Part shown: positions 1-8,762 of the stretch, in pieces
Position numbering within the stretch: position 1 is the stretch's first letter
Layout: each line of letters opens with the position of its first letter
Assembly (NCBI GenBank): GCA_020631995.1
Contig: JACKGJ010000001.1
Coordinates: 97,753-161,752 of the forward strand
Direction of reading: 5' to 3'
DNA: 64,000 nucleotides
DNA from: Candidatus Nomurabacteria bacterium
Lineage (GTDB): Bacteria; Patescibacteriota; Minisyncoccia; Phycocordibacterales; UBA918
Notes under the pieces: model-generated
What the model saw: only the letters and a program-made list of their open reading frames with translations
Databases searched by the model: none
Told to the model about the DNA's origin: nothing
Program-made: the position numbers and the translations under genes

Positions 1-740
1 GATTGTTTAACATCTTTCCTAGCACGGTCAGTAAAAATATCAGACAGTCTTTGTAATTCACTTTTTCTTTGAACAAATTGACGAACTGCTGAGATGTTGG
101 TAATCGTATCAACACCTTCACCTCTAGATTTTGAAGAAGCCTCGGCATAAGTTACCACTAGAGGACGGCGTCTTTTTACAGCGAAAATATTGAAAGCGAG
201 GACCACTATAAACATAGCTAGTAGAATTGAACCTACCCTTACATCAATAGAAAAAAACAAGACCAACGTAACGACCAAACCAATAAACTCAGAAAAAAAT
301 GTCCATAGTATCTGGAACATAATTCCAGCAGCACTATCGACCGCATTAGAAATCTTATTGGATAATGCTCCAGCAAAGCGATTACTAAAGTAGACATGGC
401 TATGCTTAGTCATGTATTCAAATAACTCATTGTAGCCATCTTTGTGAAATTTAATAATCCAACCAATAGCTGTAAAGCCACTTAATCTATAAAACAAACT
501 GTTCCCTATATAGGCCAGCAAAAACACACCTCCCCAATGTATAAGAACTTCTTTTTGTTCAACTAAAGTCTGTGCGGATGTGAAAGCATCAACCAATTTG
601 GCAGATACATAAAAAATTAAGATATTCAGTGTCTCAGCCACTAAAACCAGCAAAAAAGAGGCAATTCCAAGAAATTTATATTTACTACCTAAGTACCACA
701 AAAAATACAGTGGTGTATTGGGTATTTTTTGCTCTGACAT
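1..740 (-). CDS. ABC exporter, N-terminal transmembrane domain (gene continues past window start)
   Basis: Not in ORF track (no stop in window). Own translation from ATG at 738-740: MSEQKIPNTPLYFLWYLGSKYKFLGIASFLLVLVAETLNILIFYVSAKLVDAF...SNRFAGALSNKISNAVDSAAG...; frame open to position 1; resembles MsbA-type ABC membrane domains. Confidence 0.6.
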   Translation of the reverse strand, partial: MSEQKIPNTPLYFLWYLGSKYKFLGIASFLLVLVAETLNILIFYVSAKLVDAFTSAQTLVEQKEVLIHWGGVFLLAYIGNSLFYRLSGFTAIGWIIKFHKDGYNELFEYMTKHSHVYFSNRFAGALSNKISNAVDSAAGIMFQILWTFFSEFIGLVVTLVLFFSIDVRVGSILLAMFIVVLAFNIFAVKRRRPLVVTYAEASSKSRGEGVDTITNISAVRQFVQRKSELQRLSDIFTDRARKDVKQ

Positions 741-825
741 TAGTAAAATATAGCATAGAGGGCAAGCCTTCGGCCCACTCACCTACGTTCCATCCAATCC
801 TTACTTATGCTAGTATTTTGCCACC

Positions 826-897
826 GCGCGATTAGCTCAGTGGTAGAGCGCTTCATTGACATTGAAGAGGTCGGAAGTTCAATCCTTCCATCGCGCA
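826..897 (+). tRNA. tRNA-Val (anticodon GAC)
   Basis: Cloverleaf folded by eye: acceptor GCGCGAT/ATCGCGC, D arm GCTC-AGTGGTA-GAGC, anticodon loop TTGACAT, T arm GGAAG-TTCAATC-CTTCC, discriminator A. Confidence 0.9.
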
Positions 898-912
898 CAA
901 TTTAAAAACAAT

Positions 913-949
913 CCGACAGAGGCCTGTGGCCTCTGTCGGGTTGTTTTTT
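913..949 (+). terminator. rho-independent terminator after tRNA-Val
   Basis: 12-bp stem CCGACAGAGGCC/GGCCTCTGTCGG followed by a T run. Confidence 0.75.
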
Positions 950-972
950 ACCTTATATAGGAACAAAAACCT

Positions 973-1845
973 TTAGCCAATCGCCTTCCTGGCTGCTTCC
1001 AAAGCCCCTTCCTTACTCCTCGCCACGAAAAGAAAACCTGCCTTGTGACAAAATACTGCGTCAGACACGTCTGACACTTTCGCTAATTCCTCGTCGCGCA
1101 AACCACCCCACTCTGCCGGAAATTTAACTCTGGTTTCGAACGAATCGTGACTCTTACGAACCATTGCCGCTGACCACCTATCTCCTTCTTCACTAGGATA
1201 AACTGCCACAAAAACTTCAGGATAATCAATCAGGTGAAAAGTTGAAACGGATTTATCAAAAATTAACACTTGTTTATTAATGGCTTCTGTATAAATCGAC
1301 TCTACATATTGTTTTTGGGCAATATCACCTTTAGTTTGCAAGATAGCTCTCAAAATAGTATCTCGAGCAAAAGCACAGGCTTCGGTAAATCCGATATCGT
1401 CATCAGCAATACTTCCCCAGACTGGACGCCAAAGTGACATTAAATCTTGCAGAGTAATTGGCGCAATATTTTTGTCATTAAGGTCATAGAGAGAGATACC
1501 AACATCATTAGCATCTATAGGTAGTACAAAGCGTCTTTCAATATCAGCTGCGGCCTCTGGACTCCCCGCCACCTGTTCACCATAGTGTTTCCAAATCAAA
1601 CCAAATGCAGCATAAGGAATTCCATTGTCCCGGACTGGGGCGCCATTTTGGTGATGATCAAAACGTTGTTTCTCTGCATCATAAACTCCTCCCACATCGA
1701 CTACAATGTCACCTGAGGCGATTATTTCCTCATCACGAGTTCGTATTACCTCAACATTTTCGACCCCAAAATGTAGTTGCAGGGTGGCGACTGCAAATAT
1801 ATCGTCAGAATGAAAACTACCACTATGAGTTATGATCTTTTGCAT
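973..1845 (-). CDS. MYG1/UPF0160 family metal-dependent hydrolase
   Basis: 290 aa; N-terminus MQKIITHSGSFHSDDIFAVATL matches the MYG1 GSFHxDE motif; DHHQ motif present. Confidence 0.8.
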   Translation of the reverse strand: MQKIITHSGSFHSDDIFAVATLQLHFGVENVEVIRTRDEEIIASGDIVVDVGGVYDAEKQRFDHHQNGAPVRDNGIPYAAFGLIWKHYGEQVAGSPEAAADIERRFVLPIDANDVGISLYDLNDKNIAPITLQDLMSLWRPVWGSIADDDIGFTEACAFARDTILRAILQTKGDIAQKQYVESIYTEAINKQVLIFDKSVSTFHLIDYPEVFVAVYPSEEGDRWSAAMVRKSHDSFETRVKFPAEWGGLRDEELAKVSDVSDAVFCHKAGFLFVARSKEGALEAARKAIG

Positions 1846-1876
1846 ATCGCTTCACTATACAATATATTGGTCACTT

Positions 1877-3064
1877 ATGAAGATTTTATCTATCGAAACC
1901 TCCTGCGACGAAACAGCCGTAAGCCTTATCGAGGTCATAGGTGACTTTCCTAATGCTGAGTACAAGATTCTGGGAAACGCTCTGTTCTCGCAAATTGATA
2001 TTCATCGTGAATACGGTGGTGTATTCCCAGCAGTGGCTAAACGCGAACATGCCAAGACATTGGTCCCTATGCTCAAAAAAACCCTTGATGAAGGATTCTC
2101 TGAGACATCCAACAAATCTACAAACTCGACAATACCATCGATTGAAATTATGGCCGAGTTACTTGAGAGAGAGATAGGGTTGTTTGATGAACTTAAAAGT
2201 TACTATGAGACTCACAACAAACCCGATATTGACCTGATTGCAGTCACTGCTGGCCCTGGCCTTGAACCTACCCTTTGGGTTGGAGTGAATTTCGCCAAAG
2301 CTCTGGCTTTACTCTGGAACATACCTGTTGTCGGAGTGAATCATATGGAGGGTCATGTGCTGTCTTCTGTGTTTGATGGTGAGCACTTAGCAAAACTACA
2401 ATTCCCTGCGCTGTCACTTTTAATCTCAGGTGGACATACCGAACTAATTAAAATGGACGACTGGTCTAGTTACCAAAAAGTTGGACAGACCCGCGACGAC
2501 GCTGTTGGAGAAGCCTTTGATAAGGTTGCAAGATTGGTGGGACTCCCATATCCGGGTGGTCCAGAAATAAGTCGCTTAGCGAGCGAAGCTCGAGGCGTCA
2601 ACTTGTCTTTGTTCCAGAAACTCCCGCGCCCGATGCTCGACTCTAAAGATTTAGATTTCTCTTTCTCAGGTCTTAAGACAGCTGTACGATACGCAGTACA
2701 AGACAAAGAACTAACCGGAGATGAGATTCGTTCTGTGGCGAGAGAATTTGAAGACGCTGTCACTGAAGTACTGCTTAAAAAGACTGAGGAAGCAATCAAT
2801 ACATATAATATTAAGTCACTAATCCTTGGTGGCGGTGTATCAGCCAATAGCTACATCCGCAATACCTTCACTGAGTTCTTTAAGCGTGAATATCCAGACC
2901 TTACGTTATATCTACCTGACCCTAAACTATCTACCGATAACAGCATAATGATTGCCCTCGCAGGGCACAGAAGAGCCTCTGAGGCGCTAGCACCCAACAC
3001 TGAGGCTCTTGCTACACTTGTCGCTTCTGGCAACCGCTCACTTTCAGAGGAGTCGAGTCTGTGA
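1877..3064 (+). CDS. tsaD: tRNA N6-adenosine threonylcarbamoyltransferase TsaD (Kae1/Gcp family)
   Basis: MKILSIETSCDETAV start, NHMEGH metal motif. Start moved to the internal ATG at 1877 because the track start at 1832 would overlap the divergent MYG1 gene. Ends in TGA. Confidence 0.85.
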   Translation: MKILSIETSCDETAVSLIEVIGDFPNAEYKILGNALFSQIDIHREYGGVFPAVAKREHAKTLVPMLKKTLDEGFSETSNKSTNSTIPSIEIMAELLEREIGLFDELKSYYETHNKPDIDLIAVTAGPGLEPTLWVGVNFAKALALLWNIPVVGVNHMEGHVLSSVFDGEHLAKLQFPALSLLISGGHTELIKMDDWSSYQKVGQTRDDAVGEAFDKVARLVGLPYPGGPEISRLASEARGVNLSLFQKLPRPMLDSKDLDFSFSGLKTAVRYAVQDKELTGDEIRSVAREFEDAVTEVLLKKTEEAINTYNIKSLILGGGVSANSYIRNTFTEFFKREYPDLTLYLPDPKLSTDNSIMIALAGHRRASEALAPNTEALATLVASGNRSLSEESSL

Positions 3065-3079
3065 TAAATTGACTAAGTT

Positions 3080-5269
3080 ATGGAACCCAAAGAAAACGCT
3101 ATAAATCCAGACTTTTTGAAGCCCTATTCCCCTCAGGACAATGAGAAGAATTTGTATAAAAAGTGGGAGGAATCAGGATACTTCAATCCTGATGTCTGTA
3201 TTGAGAGAGGAATCACTGCATCTGATGCTGAGACATTCTCTATTGTGCTTCCTCCACCAAACGTGACTGGAGTACTTCATATGGGTCACGCAGCCATGTT
3301 GGCCGTTGAGGATCTACTAGTGCGTTACCACCGAATGCTCGGCAAGCGTACCTTGTGGATTCCTGGCACCGACTCAGCAGCCATCGCTACTCAGTCAAAG
3401 GTAGAAGGTGAAATCTATAAAAAAGAAAAAAAGACACGACATGATATCGGCCGTGATGAACTCCTTAAAAGAGTAGGAGAATTTGCTGAAGCTAGCAAAG
3501 ACACAATCATTAGTCAGACCAAGAGTATGGGCTCGAGTTTAGACTGGAGTCGTTATGCATACACACTAGATGAAACGCGGTACAAAGCGGTAATGGAAGC
3601 TTTCATGCGGATGTATGATGCCGGACTTATTTACCGTGGTGAGAGGATTGTTAACTGGGACCCAAAGGGACAAACGACCATTTCTGATGATGAGATTGTT
3701 CATGAAGAACGTAAAGAGAAATTCTACTACTTAAAGTACGGACCATTCACTATTGGTACATCACGACCCGAGACAAAGTTTGGTGACAAGTATGTAGTGA
3801 TGCATCCAGACGACGCTCGATATAAGGAGTATGAGCATGGCCAAACGCTTGAACTCGAGTGGATTAATGGACCAATTACCGCCACTGTAATCAAGGATGA
3901 GGCAATTGATATGGAGTTTGGTACTGGTGTAATGACAATCACTCCGTGGCATGATGCAACTGACTTTGAGATTGCAGGTCGTCATAACTTAGATAAGGAA
4001 CAAGTTATTGATGAGCGTGGAATACTACTTCCTATTGCTGGTGAATTTGCAGGTCAACATATTAAGAAGGCGCGTGAAAACATTCTCGAAAAACTTCGCA
4101 GTAAAGGTCTACTGGAGAAAGAAGAGGACTATACACACAACGTTTCAACTGCAGAACGTACCGGCGAGGTTATCGAGCCACAAATTAAGGCCCAGTGGTT
4201 TATTGCAGTTAACAAGAAAGTTGAGTTCCCTGACGGAAGAGTGATGACCCTTAAGGAGCGTATGCGTGAAGCTGTCGAAGGTGAGGAAATAAAGATAGCG
4301 CCAGACCGTTTCAATAAAACCTACTATCACTGGATAGATAACTTACGTGACTGGAACATCTCTCGTCAGATTTGGTTCGGACATCGGGTTCCAGCGTGGT
4401 TCACAGGAAACGAAGTAAAAGTACAAATTGAGTCACCGGGAGAAGGTTGGGAGCAAGATCCTGACACACTGGATACTTGGTTCTCTTCTGGGCTTTGGAC
4501 TTTCTCGACTCTTGGTTGGCCAGAGGAGACAGCAGATTTCAAAACTTACCACCCAACCACTGTCTTAGAGACAGGTTACGACATTTTATTCTTCTGGGTA
4601 GCAAGAATGATTTTGATGAGCACTTTCTTAGTAGGTGAGGTTCCTTTCAAGAATGTTTACCTACACGGTATGGTCCGAGATGGAAAAGGACAAAAAATGT
4701 CAAAGTCTAAAGGAAATATCATTGATCCTTTGGATATGATTGAAAAGTACGGTGCAGACGCAACTCGCTTATCACTAGTAGTGGGAGCTGCTCCAGGGAA
4801 TGACGTACCTCTTTCTGAAGATAAGATTCGCGGCTACAAACACTTCGCTAATAAACTCTGGAACATTAGTCGTTTTGTACTTACTAACACAGAGGGGAAA
4901 AAAGATATTGATAAGTCTTTACTTTCCCCACGTGACCAGGAAATATTAGATGGATTTTACACTGTCGCTAAAGAAGTAGGTGACGATATTGAAAAATTCG
5001 GCTTATACCTTGCAGCCGACAAAGCTTACCATTATGTATGGGATGAACTGGCTGCAAAAATACTCGAGGAATCAAAGCCAATACTAAATGGTGACGATAG
5101 TGAAGCAAAACAAGCACGCCAGCAAGTTTTAATTGAGTGTCTAATTGGTTCATTGAAACTCCTACATCCATTTATGCCGTTTGTAACTGAGGCTGTATGG
5201 CAGAGACTTCCAGAAGATATGAAGGATACTGAATTCTTGATGGTTGCAAAGTGGCCCACAAAGAACTAA
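3080..5269 (+). CDS. valS: valine--tRNA ligase (short form, 729 aa)
   Basis: PPPNVTGVLHMGHA (HIGH), KMSKSKGN (KMSKS), DTWFSSGLWTFSTLGWPE, WNISRQIWFGHRVPAW are ValRS-type class I motifs; lacks the long C-terminal coiled coil. Confidence 0.85.
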   Translation: MEPKENAINPDFLKPYSPQDNEKNLYKKWEESGYFNPDVCIERGITASDAETFSIVLPPPNVTGVLHMGHAAMLAVEDLLVRYHRMLGKRTLWIPGTDSAAIATQSKVEGEIYKKEKKTRHDIGRDELLKRVGEFAEASKDTIISQTKSMGSSLDWSRYAYTLDETRYKAVMEAFMRMYDAGLIYRGERIVNWDPKGQTTISDDEIVHEERKEKFYYLKYGPFTIGTSRPETKFGDKYVVMHPDDARYKEYEHGQTLELEWINGPITATVIKDEAIDMEFGTGVMTITPWHDATDFEIAGRHNLDKEQVIDERGILLPIAGEFAGQHIKKARENILEKLRSKGLLEKEEDYTHNVSTAERTGEVIEPQIKAQWFIAVNKKVEFPDGRVMTLKERMREAVEGEEIKIAPDRFNKTYYHWIDNLRDWNISRQIWFGHRVPAWFTGNEVKVQIESPGEGWEQDPDTLDTWFSSGLWTFSTLGWPEETADFKTYHPTTVLETGYDILFFWVARMILMSTFLVGEVPFKNVYLHGMVRDGKGQKMSKSKGNIIDPLDMIEKYGADATRLSLVVGAAPGNDVPLSEDKIRGYKHFANKLWNISRFVLTNTEGKKDIDKSLLSPRDQEILDGFYTVAKEVGDDIEKFGLYLAADKAYHYVWDELAAKILEESKPILNGDDSEAKQARQQVLIECLIGSLKLLHPFMPFVTEAVWQRLPEDMKDTEFLMVAKWPTKN

Positions 5270-5321
5270 CACGTTTTCTGTCCCCACCTACAAGTTCATA
5301 ACCACGAGTCTAGAACCTATA

Positions 5322-6020
5322 ATGAAAGAGATGGAGTTCATCAATTTCTCCATAGCGATGCTTGGCGGATTATTGCCCGCACTGTTTTGGTTATGGTTTT
5401 GGTTAAGAGAGGATAGTAAGAAGCCGGAACCGTCTGGCCTTATTCTGCGTACCTTTGTGGCGGGTATGATTGTCGTGCCCCTAGTGTTACCTCTCCAGAA
5501 ACTTGCTTTGACTTTATACTCTGGCACCTCATTAATATTAGTCTGGGTAACAATTGAAGAGACTCTTAAGTATGCACTGGCATTAGGAGTTATTCTTTGG
5601 CATAAGGCGGTTGATGAACCAATAGACTACATTGTCTATATGATTACCATTGCAATTGGTTTCGCTGCCCTTGAAAACGCACTATTTATTTGGAATCCTC
5701 TAGTAGCTGGAGATCTGTCAGGTAGCATTATTACCGGTAACTTCCGTTTCTTAGGAGCAACGCTACTCCATATTCTGGCATCAGGAACTATTGGTGTCTT
5801 CTTAGCTTTTGCATACTATCGTAGTGATACGATCAAGCTTTTAGCTGGTACTTTTGGGTTGTTCGTGGCCATTCTATTGCATACTCTCTTTAATCTTTTT
5901 ATAATGGATGCTAACGGAGAAACAATTCTCAGCATTTTCCTTACTGTTTGGGTACTTGTTATCGCACTGTTTCTCATTTTTGAAAAAGTTAAGCGCATCC
6001 GACCGAGTCGCTCTAAATAA
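5322..6020 (+). CDS. PrsW-family intramembrane protease
   Basis: Polytopic; EETLKY (EExxK), GFAALEN and HTLFN (HxxxN) motifs. Start set at MKEMEF after the valS stop. Confidence 0.7.
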   Translation: MKEMEFINFSIAMLGGLLPALFWLWFWLREDSKKPEPSGLILRTFVAGMIVVPLVLPLQKLALTLYSGTSLILVWVTIEETLKYALALGVILWHKAVDEPIDYIVYMITIAIGFAALENALFIWNPLVAGDLSGSIITGNFRFLGATLLHILASGTIGVFLAFAYYRSDTIKLLAGTFGLFVAILLHTLFNLFIMDANGETILSIFLTVWVLVIALFLIFEKVKRIRPSRSK

Positions 6021-6022
6021 TT

Positions 6023-6526
6023 ATGAAAAAACCTTCTTTCCTACAAAGACTAACCGGTGTTATACCATCAGATGATTTTGATGACGTATTGGATAATGAG
6101 ATAGATGATGAAATCGAAGTGGCTGATGATGGTAGGTTTGCTGGTGAGTCCGAGTGGCCAGGCCACAATGAGCCTGAAGCTGAGCAAGAGGGTGAATTGC
6201 CAGTTGATATGTATCAAACTCCAGATAGTATCGTTATTCGTGCCCTGGTGGCTGGTGTACTGCCTGACGACCTAGATATCGCTATCACTCGCGATATGGT
6301 GACCATCCGTGGCCGTCGTGAGGAAATCCGTGAAGCCCCAGATCAGGATTATTTTCATCACGAGCTGTTCTGGGGTAGCTTTACCCGCACCCTACTCCTC
6401 CCTGAAGAAGTTTTAATTGACGAAGCTGCCGCTAAAGAAAAACACGGTCTTTTAGAAATCATTTTGCCTAAGGTTGATAAAGACAGAAGTACCAGACTGA
6501 AGGTTAAGAGCGCCACCGTTAAGTAA
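6023..6526 (+). CDS. Hsp20/alpha-crystallin small heat shock protein
   Basis: 167 aa; alpha-crystallin domain pattern DMYQTPDSIVIRALVAGV...FWGSFTRTLLLPEEV...HGLLEIILPK; acidic N-terminus. Confidence 0.85.
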   Translation: MKKPSFLQRLTGVIPSDDFDDVLDNEIDDEIEVADDGRFAGESEWPGHNEPEAEQEGELPVDMYQTPDSIVIRALVAGVLPDDLDIAITRDMVTIRGRREEIREAPDQDYFHHELFWGSFTRTLLLPEEVLIDEAAAKEKHGLLEIILPKVDKDRSTRLKVKSATVK

Positions 6527-6542
6527 CCACACACAAAGATTA

Positions 6543-6575
6543 ACCGCCGACCCTATGGGTCGGCGGTTTGTTTGT
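6543..6575 (+). terminator. terminator after hsp20
   Basis: Stem ACCGCCGACCC/GGGTCGGCGGT followed by TTGTTTG. Confidence 0.7.
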
Positions 6576-6753
6576 ATTGCAACGATAGCATCGGATGATA
6601 ACAGGTCCTCTCAACCCCACCATCAGTAGAAAGAACACCAACACCAAAGAACTGATCAATAACAATAACGTAACCAAGACTTTCCAGAGCCGAAAGAACT
6701 GGTTCGTCAGAAGCTATTAAAGCCTCTATCTGCTTACTTAGGTCCCTATTCAC
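6553..6753 (-). CDS. hypothetical small protein (66 aa)
   Basis: GTG start preceded by AAGGGAGG 8 nt upstream; no recognisable family. Confidence 0.45.
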   Translation of the reverse strand: MNRDLSKQIEALIASDEPVLSALESLGYVIVIDQFFGVGVLSTDGGVERTCYHPMLSLQYKQTADP

Positions 6754-6965
6754 TTAACTTCCTCCCTTAAGTGACTTTTTGTACTTCCTGAAACGAAAAT
6801 CCGCCTCAGGAGGCGGATTTCGTATTCATACAAAAGCTCCCTCCTAGCGCGGATTTGAATTAGAGGACGATGTGCAGAAACTGCTCCAGGTGGCGATTGT
6901 AGTGGTGATTTTCATCACTATAATTATAGTCTCATAATTAAACCTGTCCAGAATGATGATGTGCA

Positions 6966-6993
6966 TTGAAAAATGACGCAAAACCAGTATAAT
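6966..6993 (+). promoter_or_regulatory. sigma70-like promoter of tRNA-Phe
   Basis: TTGAAA, 16-nt spacer, TATAAT; the -10 ends 9 nt before tRNA position 1. Confidence 0.55.
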
Positions 6994-7002
6994 CGTGGAA
7001 CC

Positions 7003-7075
7003 GCTTGGGTAGCTCAGTTGGTAGAGCGCTGCCCTGAAGAGGCAGATGTCGGCAGTTCGAGCCTGCCCCCAAGCA
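7003..7075 (+). tRNA. tRNA-Phe (anticodon GAA)
   Basis: Acceptor GCTTGGG/CCCAAGC, anticodon stem CTGCC/GGCAG with loop CTGAAGA, T arm GGCAG-TTCGAGC-CTGCC. Confidence 0.9.
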
Positions 7076-7290
7076 CAGAATAAAATAACCCTGCCTACGC
7101 AGGGTTATTTTATTCTGTGCTTGGGGAGGAAGCCAAAGGCTTGGCTTCCGTGCAGGCTCGAAGCGCCGCAGGATGTTTTTGTGAGCCTGTCCTAGCAAAC
7201 AAAAACCCGATGCGCCGACCAGGAAAGCGAGCTTATTTTGTAAATGTAATGATACAAAATAACCGCTATTCCGGGTCGAGTCTGCTCAAT
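7067..7290. repeat. tRNA-Phe-linked composite element (28-bp perfect palindrome, antisense copy of tRNA 3' half, extra hairpins)
   Basis: 7067-7094 pairs perfectly with 7099-7126, and the left arm includes the last 9 nt of the tRNA. 7152-7162 is the exact reverse complement of T-arm nt 7056-7066, separated by a 25-nt inserted hairpin. Hairpin TTATTTTGTA/TACAAAATAA at 7233-7262. Confidence 0.7.
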
Positions 7291-7306
7291 GATTAAAACT
7301 AGATTC

Positions 7307-7600
7307 CTACTCCCCTCCTAAACCAAAAAAGTTTTCAAACTGTGAATACCCTGGAATCTCTTTTATACTTGCACTAAATTCTCCGTTAGAAAATCCTAGC
7401 GCTTCTACATAAGGACCAATGATGTAGTAATAAACGGCAAATGGAAGTCCCACCAATAGAGCGTACCAAATCATCGTCAACCAAAAAGTGGTGGTCTGAT
7501 AACGACGTAGCTTGTGAAGCATCTGGTTGTTTTCTTCCAGCAAGACGTTCTGTTTTTCTACAGCTTTCTTTAAACTGCTTATATCTGAATCTGGTGGCAT
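7307..7600 (-). CDS. hypothetical membrane protein (97 aa)
   Basis: Track ORF; central hydrophobic helices (FWLTMIWYALLVGLPFAVYYYIIGPYV). Confidence 0.5.
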   Translation of the reverse strand: MPPDSDISSLKKAVEKQNVLLEENNQMLHKLRRYQTTTFWLTMIWYALLVGLPFAVYYYIIGPYVEALGFSNGEFSASIKEIPGYSQFENFFGLGGE

Positions 7601-7677
7601 ACAAGTACTTAATTCTGTAATTGCGCTAATTATAACACCTCTTTTGGGCTAAATATGCTAAAGTATTGCCCACAGTT

Positions 7678-7749
7678 GCCCTCGTAGCTCAATGGATAGA
7701 GCTACCCCGTCCTAAGGGGGAGATGTGGGTTCGATTCCTGCCGAGGGCA
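7678..7749 (+). tRNA. tRNA-Arg (anticodon CCT)
   Basis: Acceptor GCCCTCG/CGAGGGC, D arm GCTC-AATGGATA-GAGC, anticodon loop GTCCTAA, T loop TTCGATT; 27:43 mismatch noted. Confidence 0.8.
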
Positions 7750-7763
7750 CAAATTAAAACAAA

Positions 7764-7799
7764 ACAGCGCAGGCTTTCAGGCCTGCGCTGTTTTGTTTT
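7764..7799. terminator. bidirectional terminator (tRNA-Arg / glutaredoxin-like gene)
   Basis: Stem ACAGCGCAGGC/GCCTGCGCTGT flanked by an A run and a T run. Confidence 0.75.
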
Positions 7800-7803
7800 A
7801 AAC

Positions 7804-8037
7804 TTAAATCTTAAGTAACTCTTTTATTTTGTCTTCATCAAAGCCCACAATAATATCATCATCAATTTTTATTACCGGCACTCCCATCTGACCTGTCATT
7901 TCAATCATCTCAGTGCGCTTGTCCATATCGGACGCTACATCATGTTCGGTAAAAGCGACTTTGTTTTCTGTGAAAAATTCCTTGGCAGCGTGGCAGAAGT
8001 GACAAGTGGGCGTGCTATAAATTGTTACATTTGACAT
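7804..8037 (-). CDS. glutaredoxin-like / NrdH-like redoxin
   Basis: 77 aa from MSNVTIYSTPTCHFCHAAKEFF (CxxC) with GVPVI motif; start chosen downstream of the ftsB-like stop. Confidence 0.8.
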   Translation of the reverse strand: MSNVTIYSTPTCHFCHAAKEFFTENKVAFTEHDVASDMDKRTEMIEMTGQMGVPVIKIDDDIIVGFDEDKIKELLKI

Positions 8038-8048
8038 AGGCTCACATT

Positions 8049-8438
8049 TTACCACGGAATAAGATTACGCCAAAAACCTTGATCCTCCACCTCTGTATCT
8101 TGCTCTATACGAGCAGTTGGAGTAGGGGTGGCAGTATCACCCATTATCACAACAACCTGCTCCCCTTCCTTCGAAACATCAAAGTGGCGTCTGATTTCTG
8201 TCTCTAAACCTTGTTCATTACTTAGGTAATCTACTCTTTCCTCCAATTCCACTCTATGAGCCTTTAGTTGTTCTAATTCCTTCTCAGCGTTGTGTCGTCT
8301 ATCTCTCACATCCTGCTCAACTACGTATCTATCATAGACAGCAAAAGAGAGTGTAAACGAAGCAATAAAAAGTACTACGATAGTTAATCGTGAACTTATA
8401 ATGCTTTGCCACCAACTTTTTTTACTGAGTAAACCCAT
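8049..8438 (-). CDS. FtsB/DivIC-family septum formation initiator
   Basis: 129 aa; one N-terminal TM helix then a coiled coil (KELEQLKAHRVELEERVDYLSNEQGLETEIRRHF). Confidence 0.65.
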   Translation of the reverse strand: MGLLSKKSWWQSIISSRLTIVVLFIASFTLSFAVYDRYVVEQDVRDRRHNAEKELEQLKAHRVELEERVDYLSNEQGLETEIRRHFDVSKEGEQVVVIMGDTATPTPTARIEQDTEVEDQGFWRNLIPW

Positions 8439-8440
8439 AT

Positions 8441-8608
8441 GCTAGAATACTACCATCGTCAGTTAACGCTTGGATAAAAGCAGATTTTGAAATTTCGAGC
8501 GCAAAACAAGCTGGAATCCAAACTTTATCTAGATAAGGCTTGGATGAAGCGAAGTTTTGCAGCCGAAATTTCGAAATGTGTGTCCAATGGCTAATTGACG
8601 ATGGTATC
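8441..8608 (-). ncRNA. hairpin-rich leader/sRNA element, copy 1 (paralog of 32539-32750); a small ORF is the alternative
   Basis: About 165 nt folding into one long irregular hairpin (outer stem TACCATCGTCA/TGACGATGGTA, inner GAAATTTCG/CGAAATTTC, apical CTTATC-TA-GATAAG). Shares conserved blocks with the gatC-upstream copy. Starts just after an extended -10. Confidence 0.4.
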
Positions 8609-8610
8609 AC

Positions 8611-8616
8611 ATTGTA
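8611..8616 (-). promoter_or_regulatory. extended -10 box (TGtTACAAT) driving leader element copy 1 and the ftsB operon
   Basis: Minus-strand read AAAATGTTACAATGTGATACCATCG. Confidence 0.4.
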
Positions 8617-8638
8617 ACATTTTGAGTCAGTCCGATAT

Positions 8639-8755
8639 ATGAGTTTTCTATATAATCAAAAAACCAAAAAGGCTATAAAGTGGGTATGGATTGTGATTGC
8701 GACTTTGATTGCGATTAGTATGGTGTTTGCCTATTCTGGCGGCCTAGGAATCTAA
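8639..8755 (+). CDS. possible small hydrophobic peptide (38 aa)
   Basis: Own translation MSFLYNQKTKKAIKWVWIVIATLIAISMVFAYSGGLGI; below the track cutoff; no SD seen. Confidence 0.3.
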   Translation: MSFLYNQKTKKAIKWVWIVIATLIAISMVFAYSGGLGI

Positions 8756-8762
8756 AAAAGTT

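Noticed and set aside
6938-7198. 86-aa minus-strand ORF
   Set aside because: It overlaps tRNA-Phe and its 28-bp palindrome, so the open frame is a by-product of the RNA gene and repeat.
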